The notes below the pieces were generated by a model that was not told where the DNA came from, ran no database searches, and worked only from the letters and a program-made list of their open reading frames with translations. From positions 608,001-672,000 of the forward strand of contig CAVZRV010000007.1 of the NCBI GenBank assembly GCA_963777605.1: a DNA stretch of 64,000 bases, in the 5' to 3' direction. Made by a program: the position numbers and the translations under genes. Below are positions 50,271 to 62,245 of this stretch, piece by piece (within the stretch, counting starts at the first letter, position 1; every line of letters starts with the position of its first letter). Origin of the DNA: an uncultured Acidobacteriota bacterium (GTDB taxonomy: Bacteria; Acidobacteriota; UBA6911; RPQK01; JAPXNP01).

Positions 50271-52883
50271 ATGATGCGGCGACAGCCCCAACCATTCGCA
50301 AACCGTTTTCGAACCACTCCAGCCAGGTTGATCCTCGGGCTGATCATTCTGATCGGGAGCGTGGTTCCGACATTTTCTCAGCTTCCGCCCCTGGACGAAG
50401 ACCAGGGAGTCAATGGGTTCGGACTGTCGCTCCGCAAGCTGGGCAGCGTCGGATCGGTTCTCGTCATCACGGCTCACCCCGATGACGAAAACAACGCGTT
50501 GCTGGCCCTCCTCAGCCGGGGAAAGGGATATCGCGTCGGATTGCTCACCCTGACTCGTGGAGACGGTGGCCAGAATGAAATCGGTCCTGAGCTCTTCGAG
50601 GCTTTGGGCGTGCTGAGGAGCGAGGAACTTGCTGCCGTTCACCGGTACGACGGCGTCCAGCAGTTCTTTTCCCGGGCATTTGAGTTTGGCTATTCGTTCA
50701 GTGTCGAGGAAACATTCGAGAAGTGGGGACGGGAGGAAATTCTCCGCGACATTGTCCGAGTCATCCGGATGTTCCGCCCCGACGTCATCATCACGATGAA
50801 TCCAACCGGGACCGGTGGCGGCCAGCATCACCAGGCTTCGGCCCAGCTGGCCAGTGAAGCATTCATGATCGCCGACGATTCGAGCCGGTTTCCCGAACAG
50901 CTCGCCGAGGGCCTCCGACCCTGGCGTCCATTGCGACTGTTCCAGAGTGCCGGACCGGGAATGGGCAGCGGCGGCTCAGGCCGCGACGTGGACATTCCGC
51001 TGGATGAATACGACCCTCTGCTGGGCGAGACTTACGCCCAGTTCGGGGCGCGGGCGCGGGGTAATCACCGATCCCAGGGCATGATGGCCCTTCCCGAACC
51101 GGGTCCGATGTCGGCCGGCCTGGCGCTGGCCAACAGTACCGTCGAGTCAAGCCACCTGCAACACAGCGTGTTCGACCAGATCGACACAGGACTCGAACGA
51201 CTCTCGGTCTACGACCCCCACGTGGAATCATCGGTGACGTTGCTCGAGGGATACATCAACTGGGCCCAGGAGGCTTACACCCGGTCCGACTACACGTCGG
51301 CCCTGCGGGCCGTCATGGCCGGAATCGAATCGCTGGGAAAGATGAAGGACGAGACGTCGAATCCCGAAGCGGCGTTCCTGATTGCCCGGGAGATGGAAGA
51401 CTTTCAGAATGCCGCCGAGAAAGGAACATTTTCGTACTCCGACGCTCTTCTCACTTCCTCGAAGGACGGCATCCTGGTACGGGACGAGTCGGCGAAAGTC
51501 AGGTTGAGGTACTACAGCCACGCCGACGCTCCGGTCGAAGTCACCGGAGTCGAACTGGTGACGCCCGGCGGGTGGCTGAGTTCCCTGGACCGGTCTGCCG
51601 ATCACTCCTGGACATTTTCCATAAAGGTCGGTCCGAAAGCGGCCTACAGCCAGCCCTACTGGTTTCGAGACAACCCGAACATCGACCGGTTTTCGGTCAG
51701 AACCGGCTTCACGGGAATCGAGCCTTACGCTCCCCCTCCGGTCACCGCGATTGTTCACTACCGGGTGTTCGGAATCGATGCCACTCTCAAAAAACCCGTC
51801 CAGTACCGCTGGTATGCCGCCGAATACGGAGGAGAACGACGTCACTCCATCATCGTGGCGCCCAAACTCTCGGTCCACCTGACTCCGTCTATTTCGATCG
51901 TTCGCCTGGATCAGGCAACTCCCCGGGAGTTCGAAGTCTCGATCAAGAACATGTCACCGGGACCGATGTCCGCCGAAGTCCGTCTTCAGGGAGCCGGGGG
52001 CTGGTCTGTCTCTCCCGCCGTGACCACGGTATCCTTCTCCAACGAGGACGACGTCCAGAACTGCAAGTTCACGCTGACCCCGCCGCGCCGGCTTGTCGCC
52101 GGGAAGGAGGCCGTCAAGGCGGTAGCATCCGCTGAAGGGGTCGATTACAACAGCGGCATCGAAGAGATCGCGTATTCCCACATCCAGCCCAGAATCATGC
52201 TCCCGCCGGCCGACACTCTCGTCGAAGCCATCAACGTGACGATTCCCGCCAATCTGAAGGTCGGATACGTCATGGGGGTGGGAGATGACGTCGGGACCGC
52301 GACCGAACAACTCGGGGCGTCGGTCACCTACCTGACCGCGGACGACCTGGCTTCAGGCGACCTGAGCCAGTACGACGTAATCGTGACCGGCGTTCGCGCC
52401 TACCTCGCCCGGGAGGACCTGGTAGCCAACAACCAACGCCTGCTCGAATACGTCCGCGAGGGTGGCCACCTGGTAGTCCAGTACAACAAGTATGAGTTCC
52501 TGCGAAAGCAGTTCGCCCCTTACCCGTTGACGATCAATCGCCCGCACGACCGCGTGACCGTGGAAGAGTCTCCCGTCAAGATCCTCGTTCCCGACCATCC
52601 GCTCCTCAACTACCCGAATCGGATTACCGAGGCGGACTGGCAGGGCTGGGTCCAGGAACGGGGGCTCTACTTTCTGGGCTCCTGGGATGAAAAGTACATA
52701 CCGCTGCTTGAATTGCGGGATCCGTGGCCCTACAACAACGAGCCCAAGCGGGGCGCGCTGGTCGTCGCCCAGTATGGAAAAGGCACGTATATCTATACGG
52801 GACTGGCCTTTTTCAGGCAGTTGCCTGCGGGGGTGCCGGGGGCTTACCGGCTTTGGGCCAACCTGATATCGCTGGGACACTGA
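50271..52883 (+). CDS. Exported PIG-L/LmbE-family deacetylase with Ig-like and C-terminal GATase-like domains
   Basis: AHPDDE, TRGDGGQN, RSEE and GQHHQAS; C-terminal FFRQLPAGVPGAYRLWAN. Confidence 0.9.
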   Translation: MMRRQPQPFANRFRTTPARLILGLIILIGSVVPTFSQLPPLDEDQGVNGFGLSLRKLGSVGSVLVITAHPDDENNALLALLSRGKGYRVGLLTLTRGDGGQNEIGPELFEALGVLRSEELAAVHRYDGVQQFFSRAFEFGYSFSVEETFEKWGREEILRDIVRVIRMFRPDVIITMNPTGTGGGQHHQASAQLASEAFMIADDSSRFPEQLAEGLRPWRPLRLFQSAGPGMGSGGSGRDVDIPLDEYDPLLGETYAQFGARARGNHRSQGMMALPEPGPMSAGLALANSTVESSHLQHSVFDQIDTGLERLSVYDPHVESSVTLLEGYINWAQEAYTRSDYTSALRAVMAGIESLGKMKDETSNPEAAFLIAREMEDFQNAAEKGTFSYSDALLTSSKDGILVRDESAKVRLRYYSHADAPVEVTGVELVTPGGWLSSLDRSADHSWTFSIKVGPKAAYSQPYWFRDNPNIDRFSVRTGFTGIEPYAPPPVTAIVHYRVFGIDATLKKPVQYRWYAAEYGGERRHSIIVAPKLSVHLTPSISIVRLDQATPREFEVSIKNMSPGPMSAEVRLQGAGGWSVSPAVTTVSFSNEDDVQNCKFTLTPPRRLVAGKEAVKAVASAEGVDYNSGIEEIAYSHIQPRIMLPPADTLVEAINVTIPANLKVGYVMGVGDDVGTATEQLGASVTYLTADDLASGDLSQYDVIVTGVRAYLAREDLVANNQRLLEYVREGGHLVVQYNKYEFLRKQFAPYPLTINRPHDRVTVEESPVKILVPDHPLLNYPNRITEADWQGWVQERGLYFLGSWDEKYIPLLELRDPWPYNNEPKRGALVVAQYGKGTYIYTGLAFFRQLPAGVPGAYRLWANLISLGH

Positions 52884-52997
52884 CCGGTCTCAGCCGCGAT
52901 TACTTCGTCCGGGACGGGGACATCGTCGCGTTCCTCTTCTCGGGCTGAACGTGGCAAGCGAGCGTGCGTGCAATCGTGCGTGCAATAATGAGTGCCA

Positions 52998-54236
52998 ATG
53001 TCGAGCGCTTCCACCGCTTCCAAGCCTTCCCTTCTCGGGCGAACGTTCCAGGCGTTCCGCTATCGGGACTTCCGGCTGTTGTGGTTCGGCGCGTTCACAT
53101 CGACAACCGGGACCTGGATGCAGATCGTGGCCCAGTCCTGGGTCGTCCTGCAACTGACCGGCTCGGCATTCTACCTTGGGCTGGTCAGCTTCCTGGGCCA
53201 GCTTCCAGTGATCCTCTTCACCCTGGTCGGAGGCGTATTCGCTGACCGGGTCGACCGCCGCAAGCTACTCCTGATCTCGCAATACATCCAGATGAGCGTG
53301 GCCGTCGTCCTTACGATTCTGATTTACTTCGAGCGGGTAGAGATCTGGCACTTCCTGGTTCTGGTTTTCATAGCGGGCAGTGGCCAGTCATTCGGTGGCC
53401 CAGCCTACCAGGCGCTCATACCGACCCTCGTCAAGCGGGAGGATGTCCCGAACGCGGTGGCCCTGAACTCGATTCAGTTCAACCTGGCCCGCGTTGTGGG
53501 CCCGGTTCTCGCCGGCGCTGCCTTTGCGGCACTGGGCGCTGCCGTCTGTTTCGGGCTGAACGCACTTTCATTCCTGGCGGTTGTGATCGCCCTGCAGCTG
53601 ATTCGAACCTCGTTTGTCCCGACCCGAACCGGTGAGTCGGTCATGGCCCAGATCAAGAGTGGTTTCGTCTATATTCGCGAGCAAGGCTCGCTCTGGCAGT
53701 TGACGATCCTCGGGTTCGTGAGCACGTTCTGCGGCGTCCCCCTGCTCACGCTTCTGCCTGTCTTCGCCAAGGACGTCTACGGTCTCGGGGCAACGGGCTA
53801 TTCCTACATGATGGCCATATCAGGAGCCGGAGCCATCACCGGGGCCCTGGCCTATGCAGCACTCTCCAGGACCTCCCGTCAGGGCCTCTTCGCCCTCTGG
53901 GTGCAGATCGTTTTCGCCGTCTTCCTGACGCTGTTTGCACTGTCAACGAACCTGGTCCTGAGCTGCATGATCCTGTTTGTGACCGGGGCATGCCTGATCA
54001 GCCTGTTCGCATCCATCACTTCGCTCGTTCAGTTGGCCATCTCAGAGGAAATGCGGGGACGGATCATGAGTATCTTCATGCTCGCATTTCGCGGCGGGAT
54101 GCCCCTCGGTGACCTCAGTGCCGGCTTTCTGGCGTCGCGGTTCTCACCCCAACTGGCCCTCATGGTCCTGTCGGGCGTCCTGGTCCTCGCTGCAAGCAGC
54201 TTTTTGCTCTCCCGGAGCGGCGTCAAGGCGCTCTGA
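52998..54236 (+). CDS. MFS transporter (MFS_3/EntS-like)
   Basis: About 12 TM helices, GGVFADRVDRRK and NLARVVGP. Confidence 0.92.
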   Translation: MSSASTASKPSLLGRTFQAFRYRDFRLLWFGAFTSTTGTWMQIVAQSWVVLQLTGSAFYLGLVSFLGQLPVILFTLVGGVFADRVDRRKLLLISQYIQMSVAVVLTILIYFERVEIWHFLVLVFIAGSGQSFGGPAYQALIPTLVKREDVPNAVALNSIQFNLARVVGPVLAGAAFAALGAAVCFGLNALSFLAVVIALQLIRTSFVPTRTGESVMAQIKSGFVYIREQGSLWQLTILGFVSTFCGVPLLTLLPVFAKDVYGLGATGYSYMMAISGAGAITGALAYAALSRTSRQGLFALWVQIVFAVFLTLFALSTNLVLSCMILFVTGACLISLFASITSLVQLAISEEMRGRIMSIFMLAFRGGMPLGDLSAGFLASRFSPQLALMVLSGVLVLAASSFLLSRSGVKAL

Positions 54237-54351
54237 CCGCCGACAGCAAACTTCCCGCCCTGGCTTGACTCCGGGGTTCCGATTTGGCAAGGCCGGGGCA
54301 ATTCGGTTATCTTTAGAACGAATCTAAATTACAGGAGTTCTGGAGGAAGAA

Positions 54352-55902
<1,551 letters not shown>

Positions 55903-55925
55903 ATCCATACGGGACTTGAAAATCT

Positions 55926-57332
55926 ATGGGCAGGACCTTATTTGAAAAGATCTGGGATAGTCATGTCGTCGTTCAGGAATCCGGGAAACCGGCGGTCCTC
56001 TACATCGACACTCACCTGGTACATGAAGTCACATCACCTCAGGCCTTTGAGGGACTTCGCCTGAGCGGCCGCAAGATTCGCCGGCCGGACCTCACTTTCG
56101 CGACCGTCGATCACAACGTTCCGACGACCGACCGGAGCCTCCCGATTCTCGATGAGATCTCGCTTCGTCAGATCAACACGCTGGAAGCGAACTGTCGGGA
56201 ATTCGGGGTGCAGCTTTTTGGTCTGGACGACCCCCGGCAGGGAATCGTCCACGTCATCGGCCCCGAGCAGGGCATCACGCAACCCGGGATGACGATCGTC
56301 TGCGGTGACAGTCACACCTCGACCCATGGTGCTTTTGGCGCGCTCGCATTCGGGATCGGGACCAGCGAAGTCGAGCACGTTCTGGCCACGCAGTGCCTGC
56401 TCCAATCCAAGCCGAAGACATTCAGGATCTTAGTGGATGGAAAGCTGCCGCATGGCGTCACGGCCAAGGATGTGATCCTCTACATCATCCGGACCATCGG
56501 AACCGATGGTGCTACCGGATATGTAGTTGAGTACGCCGGCGACACGATCCGTGACCTCACGATCGAGGAGCGCATGACCGTCTGCAACATGTCGATTGAG
56601 GCGGGCGCCCGGGCCGGGATGGTGGCGCCTGACGATAAGACGTTCGAATACCTGGAAGGGAGGCCATTCTCCCCCAAGGGAACCCAGTTTCAGGAAGCGG
56701 TTGCCTACTGGAACACCCTACCCTCCGACCCTGAAGCCTCTTTCGACCGGGAACTTCGCCTGCAGGTCGGTGAACTGGCCCCTCAGGTCAGCTGGGGAAC
56801 CAGCCCCGGCATGGTCACCGACGTTACCGGTACGGTCCCCGATCCCGGTTCGTACTCCGACCCCAATCAGCAACGGGCTGCGGAACAGGCCCTCCGTTAC
56901 ATGGGCCTCTCAGCCGGCCAGCCGATCGAGGAAATCCTGGTAGACCGGGTGTTCATCGGCTCCTGCACGAATGCGCGGATCTCGGACCTAAGGGCCGCTG
57001 CCCGTGTCGTTCAGGGGCGCAAAGTGGCTTCCTCGGTCTCCGCCATGGTGGTTCCCGGCTCTCAGTTGGTGAAGCAGCAGGCGGAACGCGAGAGTCTCGA
57101 TCAGATTTTCAAAGCGGCTGGTTTCGACTGGAGGGAGTCGGGTTGCAGCATGTGCCTCGGAATGAACCCCGACATCCTGAGCCCGGGTGAGCGCTCGGCC
57201 TCGACGTCGAACCGCAATTTCGAGGGACGCCAGGGCAAGGGCGGACGCACCCATCTGGTCAGCCCGGAGATGGCTGCCGGAGCTGCCATTGCGGGTCATT
57301 TTGTCGATATTCGAACCTGGGACTTTTCTTAA
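55926..57332 (+). CDS. leuC: 3-isopropylmalate dehydratase large subunit
   Basis: [29 protein letters not shown] and [12 protein letters not shown]. Confidence 0.98.
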   Translation: MGRTLFEKIWDSHVVVQESGKPAVLYIDTHLVHEVTSPQAFEGLRLSGRKIRRPDLTFATVDHNVPTTDRSLPILDEISLRQINTLEANCREFGVQLFGLDDPRQGIVHVIGPEQGITQPGMTIVCGDSHTSTHGAFGALAFGIGTSEVEHVLATQCLLQSKPKTFRILVDGKLPHGVTAKDVILYIIRTIGTDGATGYVVEYAGDTIRDLTIEERMTVCNMSIEAGARAGMVAPDDKTFEYLEGRPFSPKGTQFQEAVAYWNTLPSDPEASFDRELRLQVGELAPQVSWGTSPGMVTDVTGTVPDPGSYSDPNQQRAAEQALRYMGLSAGQPIEEILVDRVFIGSCTNARISDLRAAARVVQGRKVASSVSAMVVPGSQLVKQQAERESLDQIFKAAGFDWRESGCSMCLGMNPDILSPGERSASTSNRNFEGRQGKGGRTHLVSPEMAAGAAIAGHFVDIRTWDFS

Positions 57333-57407
57333 GCGAACGGGCCCCGGTGAACTAGAACGACTCGTTCTTCGGCAAAGAATCGCAGAACGCGTCATCGAGG
57401 TGTAAAG

Positions 57408-58004
57408 ATGGAGCCATTCAAACGATTGACCGGCGTAGTCGCTGCTCTGGACAGGGTTAACGTTGATACCGATCAGATCATCCCCAAACAGTTTCTGAAG
57501 CGGATTGAACGTACCGGCTTCGGCCAGTTTCTGTTCTTCGACTGGCGGTTTCTCGAGGACGGATCCCCAAATCCTGCCTTCGAACTGAACCGGCCCGAAT
57601 TTCAAGGTGCCAGAATACTGCTGGGCGGGGCCAATTTTGGTTGTGGGTCCTCCCGGGAACATGCCCCGTGGGCACTTCTGGACGCGGGATTTCGCGTCAT
57701 CATTGCGCCGTCTTTCGCCGACATCTTTTACAACAACTGTTTCAAGAATGGGATGCTCCCGATTCGCCTCTCCGCCAACGACGTGGCCCGATTGTTCGAG
57801 ACGGTCAAAGCCAGTCCCGGTTGCAAGTTGACGATCGATCTGGAGGCGCAGAAGATCGAAGAACCGTCCGGCACCTCAATCCCGTTCGAAGTCGATCCGT
57901 TTCGTCGGGAGGCGCTGCTGAACGGCCTTGATGAAATCGGGCTCACGCTTCAATACGATTCGGCCATTCAGGAGTTCGAGTCTCGGCACAGGATCTTCCG
58001 GTAA
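57408..58004 (+). CDS. leuD: 3-isopropylmalate dehydratase small subunit
   Basis: [13 protein letters not shown] and [15 protein letters not shown]. Confidence 0.98.
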   Translation: MEPFKRLTGVVAALDRVNVDTDQIIPKQFLKRIERTGFGQFLFFDWRFLEDGSPNPAFELNRPEFQGARILLGGANFGCGSSREHAPWALLDAGFRVIIAPSFADIFYNNCFKNGMLPIRLSANDVARLFETVKASPGCKLTIDLEAQKIEEPSGTSIPFEVDPFRREALLNGLDEIGLTLQYDSAIQEFESRHRIFR

Positions 58005-58007
58005 CTC

Positions 58008-58688
58008 ATGCTTCATCCCTGGAACCTGGCTCCGAAAGAGGCGGTCGCGCTTCAGCGCACGCTCCGCCAGTTGATCCGGTTCGACGACGATGGTGCACCC
58101 GTCTCGCGAATCGCCGGAGTTGACGTTTCGTATCGGAAGCGAACCAAGAGCTCGATTGCAGCGGTCTGTGTTCTCTCGTATCCCGATTTGGCCATTGTGG
58201 AGACCCAGTCAGCCTGGGTTGAGACACCTTTTCCCTACGTGCCCGGGCTGCTGAGCTTCCGTGAGATTCCGCCCATTTTGAAAGCATTGGAGGGACTCAC
58301 GGCCCCTCCTGATCTGATTTTCGTGGATGGACACGGCCAGGCCCATCCGCGCCGCATGGGGATCGCTTCCCACCTCGGACTCTGGCTGAAGCAACCGACC
58401 ATCGGCGTGGGAAAATCCAGGCTCTGCGGCACGTTTGAGGAGCCCGGGACGGAACGAGGCTGCACCACCGACCTATTTCACCAGGGCGAGGTGATCGGCA
58501 AGGTCGTCCGCACTCGAACCGGCGTCAAGCCGGTCTTTGTTTCGGTAGGGTATGGGATTTCGCTGGCGCGATCAGTCGAGCTGGTGCTGGAAACCGCCCC
58601 GCTATTTCGCTTGCCCGAGCCGATCCGACAGGCCGACCACCTTGCCGCCGACGTGAAGAAAGGGAGTCGGGGAGCGGGACCAGCTTAG
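58008..58688 (+). CDS. nfi: Endonuclease V
   Basis: IAGVDVS, FPYVPGLLSFRE, VDGHG.AHPRR.GIASH and LPEPIR.AD. Confidence 0.96.
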   Translation: MLHPWNLAPKEAVALQRTLRQLIRFDDDGAPVSRIAGVDVSYRKRTKSSIAAVCVLSYPDLAIVETQSAWVETPFPYVPGLLSFREIPPILKALEGLTAPPDLIFVDGHGQAHPRRMGIASHLGLWLKQPTIGVGKSRLCGTFEEPGTERGCTTDLFHQGEVIGKVVRTRTGVKPVFVSVGYGISLARSVELVLETAPLFRLPEPIRQADHLAADVKKGSRGAGPA

Positions 58689-58792
58689 GGGGAGCGGAAT
58701 TGCGGCGGACTGATTCAGGACCAATCCGAAAATCAAGAACACCGGATTGAGAATGTGGACGGTTGCCTGGTCCCGGCTGCACCCTCCCCATT

Positions 58793-59081
58793 TGGAGTGC
58801 TGGAAGCGACGGCTTCCGCTTTTGCGGATCTCCGGCCGCCTGCGGTCCTTATCAGGAAGCGAGAGCTTCCGTTGCCACCGTTCCTGCTTGCATTTCGCAC
58901 TTCGGTTTGGCGACTCGACCTCGGCATTCGCATTCGCGGTTCGGGCTTCCGGCGTTCCTGGTCACAGGCGGAGCCGAACGGTTGGAGTGCTTGCCCGCCC
59001 GGCGTCGGCTTGGGGGAAGCTCTCGCTTCCCCTGGCGACATTCCGGGCGTTCAAAGCGGAACCTTTCGATTCCGCACTCCA
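58793..59081. repeat. Nested inverted REP/REPIN-like palindromic element
   Basis: Outer pair TGGAGTGCTGGAAGCGACGGCTTCCGCTTT (58793) and AAAGCGGAACCTTTCGATTCCGCACTCCA (59053-59081). Inner perfect 16-nt pair GGAAGCGAGAGCTTCC (58855) and GGAAGCTCTCGCTTCC (59015). Confidence 0.72.
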
Positions 59082-59098
59082 CATCCAACCGGGGCCGA

Positions 59099-59572
59099 TT
59101 ACTCGACCGTAAAATCAGCCACCGCGTGCATCGAACCCCACGCCATCGAGAAGGCGCCGTTATTGCCGCCGGCCGGCTTCAGATCGATCGTGAACGTCTC
59201 GACGCTGGCCGGAGCGGGCTTGCTGGAAAGAGGAACTTCCGTTGTTTGCCCGTCCTTGCTGAGTACCAGGTGAAACTTGTCTTCTCCAACCCTCTTGGCT
59301 GTAAGTTCGTAGGTCCCGGGTGTGATGACGGTGCTACCAAACTTCAAGGTACCCGCGGTGTTAAGAGTAGTTGCCGCATTCATTCCCATTCGCCAGCTTC
59401 CACCGACCGGGAGCTTGGCGAGCATGTCCCGGCCATCCAACGAGGGCCGTCCATAGTCGATCGAGACGGTCTTCCCGCTGATTGTCGTTTCAGCGCTACC
59501 GCGCTGGGCAAAAAGAGATCCAAAGCAGCCCACCATGAGCACAAACAGTCCTGCCAGTGCAGTTCTTTTCAT
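59099..59572 (-). CDS. DUF2911 family exported protein
   Basis: Signal peptide, IDYGRPSLDGR, WRMGMNAAT and PGTYEL. Confidence 0.88.
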   Translation of the reverse strand: MKRTALAGLFVLMVGCFGSLFAQRGSAETTISGKTVSIDYGRPSLDGRDMLAKLPVGGSWRMGMNAATTLNTAGTLKFGSTVITPGTYELTAKRVGEDKFHLVLSKDGQTTEVPLSSKPAPASVETFTIDLKPAGGNNGAFSMAWGSMHAVADFTVE

Positions 59573-59714
59573 TCGTTTTTTACTCCTCAGGTTGATTGAT
59601 CCGTGCTGAGTCACACAGGAATTGATGGCTACAGTTTACACGAAAGCACGATTTGACTCGGGACGCGAAAGCGTAAACTGGAAGCCGACCGGGGAATTCC
59701 GCTAAGCTCTTTCT

Positions 59715-61002
59715 GTGGAAAAGCTCGAACAGAAGCATCAGGAAATCTTTCGACGCCCCCAGGAACTAATCTATCGCAGCTGCTATGCCCCGGCCAATCT
59801 GCGTGAGATGCTTGCCTCCGCCGAGGGGCGTTCCCGGATCCGCAGGCTGCCTCCGGCCCAGCTCTATTTTTCGATCAAGGAACTGGACGACGACGAGGTC
59901 ACGGCCCTCCTCCCCCACATCACCGAGGAACAGTGGACCACGGTGCTCGACCTCGACCTCTGGAGAGCGCGACCGGGTGATGGTGGATGGATTTCTGGCC
60001 TGGGAACGTCACCTGCTCGGAGCCGAAGACCCGGTTGCCCGGAAGATCGTGCGCGCGACCGACCCGAATCTCTGGGAGTTGGCGATTCTTCGGGAGCTCG
60101 AGATCTATGCTCGGACGGAGGAGGATGAGTTCGAGGGTGAACCTGAAGAACGGGAACCTTTCATCACTCCGGACGGCTGCTTTCTGATCGGACTTCCCAG
60201 AAACAGCGAACGTGCGCAGTTGATCCGTCTGCTGCTCATGAAGCTCTACCAGTTGGATGCCGAAACAGCGGCGATGTTGATCGCAGAGGCACGCTTTCGC
60301 ACCCCAAGTGACGTCGAGGAGGAGGCCTACGAGAACCGGCGGCGGCGCGTTGAAGATCTCGGTTTTCAGGACTACTTCACGGCGATCGAGATCTACAGCC
60401 CGCTTGGGCTGACCGACCGCCTGCCTGAAAAGAGCTGGAAGTCTTTCGATCAGGAGACCGGCAGCCTCCCGGCCTCGCTCTCGGCACTGGAATCGGAGGG
60501 GCCGCTCCTCCTCTTTCAGGCCCTGTCCGGGATTCCAGAATCGGGCACGACCGAACACCTCGTCGAAGAAGTTTTCTTTGTGTGCAACAAGTTGCTGTCG
60601 GCTGACCAAATCTCCCCGGAAAAGCCCAGGCGGGTGAAGCATGGAATTCGTAAGGCACTGTCCGGTGTCAACCTCGGCTTGAGCGTGTGGTCCGACTCGA
60701 ACCTTCAAAAGGCCGTGTCGGGACTCGAACGGCACCACTTGGTTTCATTCTTTCAGCTCGGTTTCGGCCAGTTGTTGGAACTGAAGAGACAGGCCCAGGA
60801 ACTGGCGGGACGGCCGGGACTGGACCCGGGAAGCTATCTCGAGTCCGCCCTGGAAGGTTTTCTCCGGAAATTTCCGGTTCTCACCGAACAGCGTGAGGGA
60901 CGCATTCGGCGCCGCTTCGTCGACAGCCAGGAAGACCTGCGCTGGGCGTACCAGTTGCTGGAAGAGATCCGCCGAGTGTCAGATCAGGACATAGCGCAGT
61001 AG
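59715..61002 (+). CDS. DUF6178-like helical protein; frameshift near 59965
   Basis: LYFSIKE..EQWTTVLDLDLW in one frame; EEEAYENRRRRVEDLGF and FFQLGF in the next. Confidence 0.7.
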
Positions 61003-61114
61003 GAAGAAGACTGATCATCAGGCCGATTCCCACGGCAATCGCATAGCGTGGCGGGCAGGGAATTGATGATGGCTTCCCGGAGGCCAAACAGCGATAGTAG
61101 AATCGTGGTTGACC

Positions 61115-62182
61115 ATGCGCCTTCAAACCGTCTCTCTCCTGCTGGCCATCCTTCTGCTGCTGGCTGTCGGTGTTCTTCTGTTTACCCTCGTCCGCGATGC
61201 CGGCGAGTTCAAGGAGCTTTCATTTCACTCGCCGGGCTCCTGCCGCCCGGTGCTCGGCATTCAGAGTTCAGAGGACATTGCCGTCAATCCAGACACCGGA
61301 ATCGCCTACATTTCCAGTTCCGACCGGCGAGTACCTCTCGGTGCTTCCCCGGCGCCCGGGGCGATCTTTGGCTACGACCTTAGAAAGATTCCATCGGCCC
61401 CGGAGAACCTGACCCCGTCCCTCCCCTTCGAGTTCAATCCCCACGGTATTGGACTGCTGCGAAGCTCAGCTGGAGCCCGGTTGTTCGTGGTGAACCACCG
61501 TTCCAACCAGGACACTGTCGAGCTGTTTTCAGTCGATGAGACTTCGGTTCTGACCTACCTCGAGACTTTGTCATCCGCTGATCTCGTCAATGCCAATGAC
61601 GTGGTTCCGGTGGGCGATCGTTCATGCTTCGTCACGGTTGACCACGGATCAGTGACTCCGTTCTGGAGGACCGTTGAGGAGACTTTTCGCCAACCCTGGT
61701 CGGGCGTCTATCTCCTTGGTCCGGAGGGTGCTTCGAAGTCCGCCGGCTCCCTCAGAATGGCCAATGGGATCAATCTCAGTCCCGACGGCACACGTCTATA
61801 CGTCGCCGCCACCCTCGGCTTCGCCGTTGAGGTCTACGAAAGGGATACCGAAACCAATGCTCTTCATCACCTCGGGTCGATCGCTACCGGAACCGGGGTG
61901 GACAACATTTCGGTTGAGCCGAATGGAGACTTGATTGTCGGCGCCCACCCGAAGCTTCTGACCTTTCTGGAATACGCCGACAATCCCCGGACTCTTTCCC
62001 CTTCGCAGGTGCTCCGCATCGTGAATCCTTCCGACCCCGGTTCTGCCGAAGTAGAGGAGATCTTTCTCGGCGACGGCCGCTACCTTTCCGGTTCTTCGGT
62101 TGGTGTGGTCTGGAACCATGATCTCCTGATCGGGTCGGTTTTTGACCAGCGTTTTCTGATCTGCGGCCTGACGCCTCGGTGA
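61115..62182 (+). CDS. Paraoxonase/arylesterase (six-bladed beta-propeller lactonase) family protein
   Basis: N-terminal anchor, SEDI, FNPHGI, VVNH, ANDV, ANGI, VDNI and SPSQVLRI. Confidence 0.88.
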   Translation: MRLQTVSLLLAILLLLAVGVLLFTLVRDAGEFKELSFHSPGSCRPVLGIQSSEDIAVNPDTGIAYISSSDRRVPLGASPAPGAIFGYDLRKIPSAPENLTPSLPFEFNPHGIGLLRSSAGARLFVVNHRSNQDTVELFSVDETSVLTYLETLSSADLVNANDVVPVGDRSCFVTVDHGSVTPFWRTVEETFRQPWSGVYLLGPEGASKSAGSLRMANGINLSPDGTRLYVAATLGFAVEVYERDTETNALHHLGSIATGTGVDNISVEPNGDLIVGAHPKLLTFLEYADNPRTLSPSQVLRIVNPSDPGSAEVEEIFLGDGRYLSGSSVGVVWNHDLLIGSVFDQRFLICGLTPR

Positions 62183-62245
62183 CCGGCTGCAAGTCTGCTC
62201 TTTCGGCACAGCCTTACGATAAACGATAGAATAGACTTCGATTCA

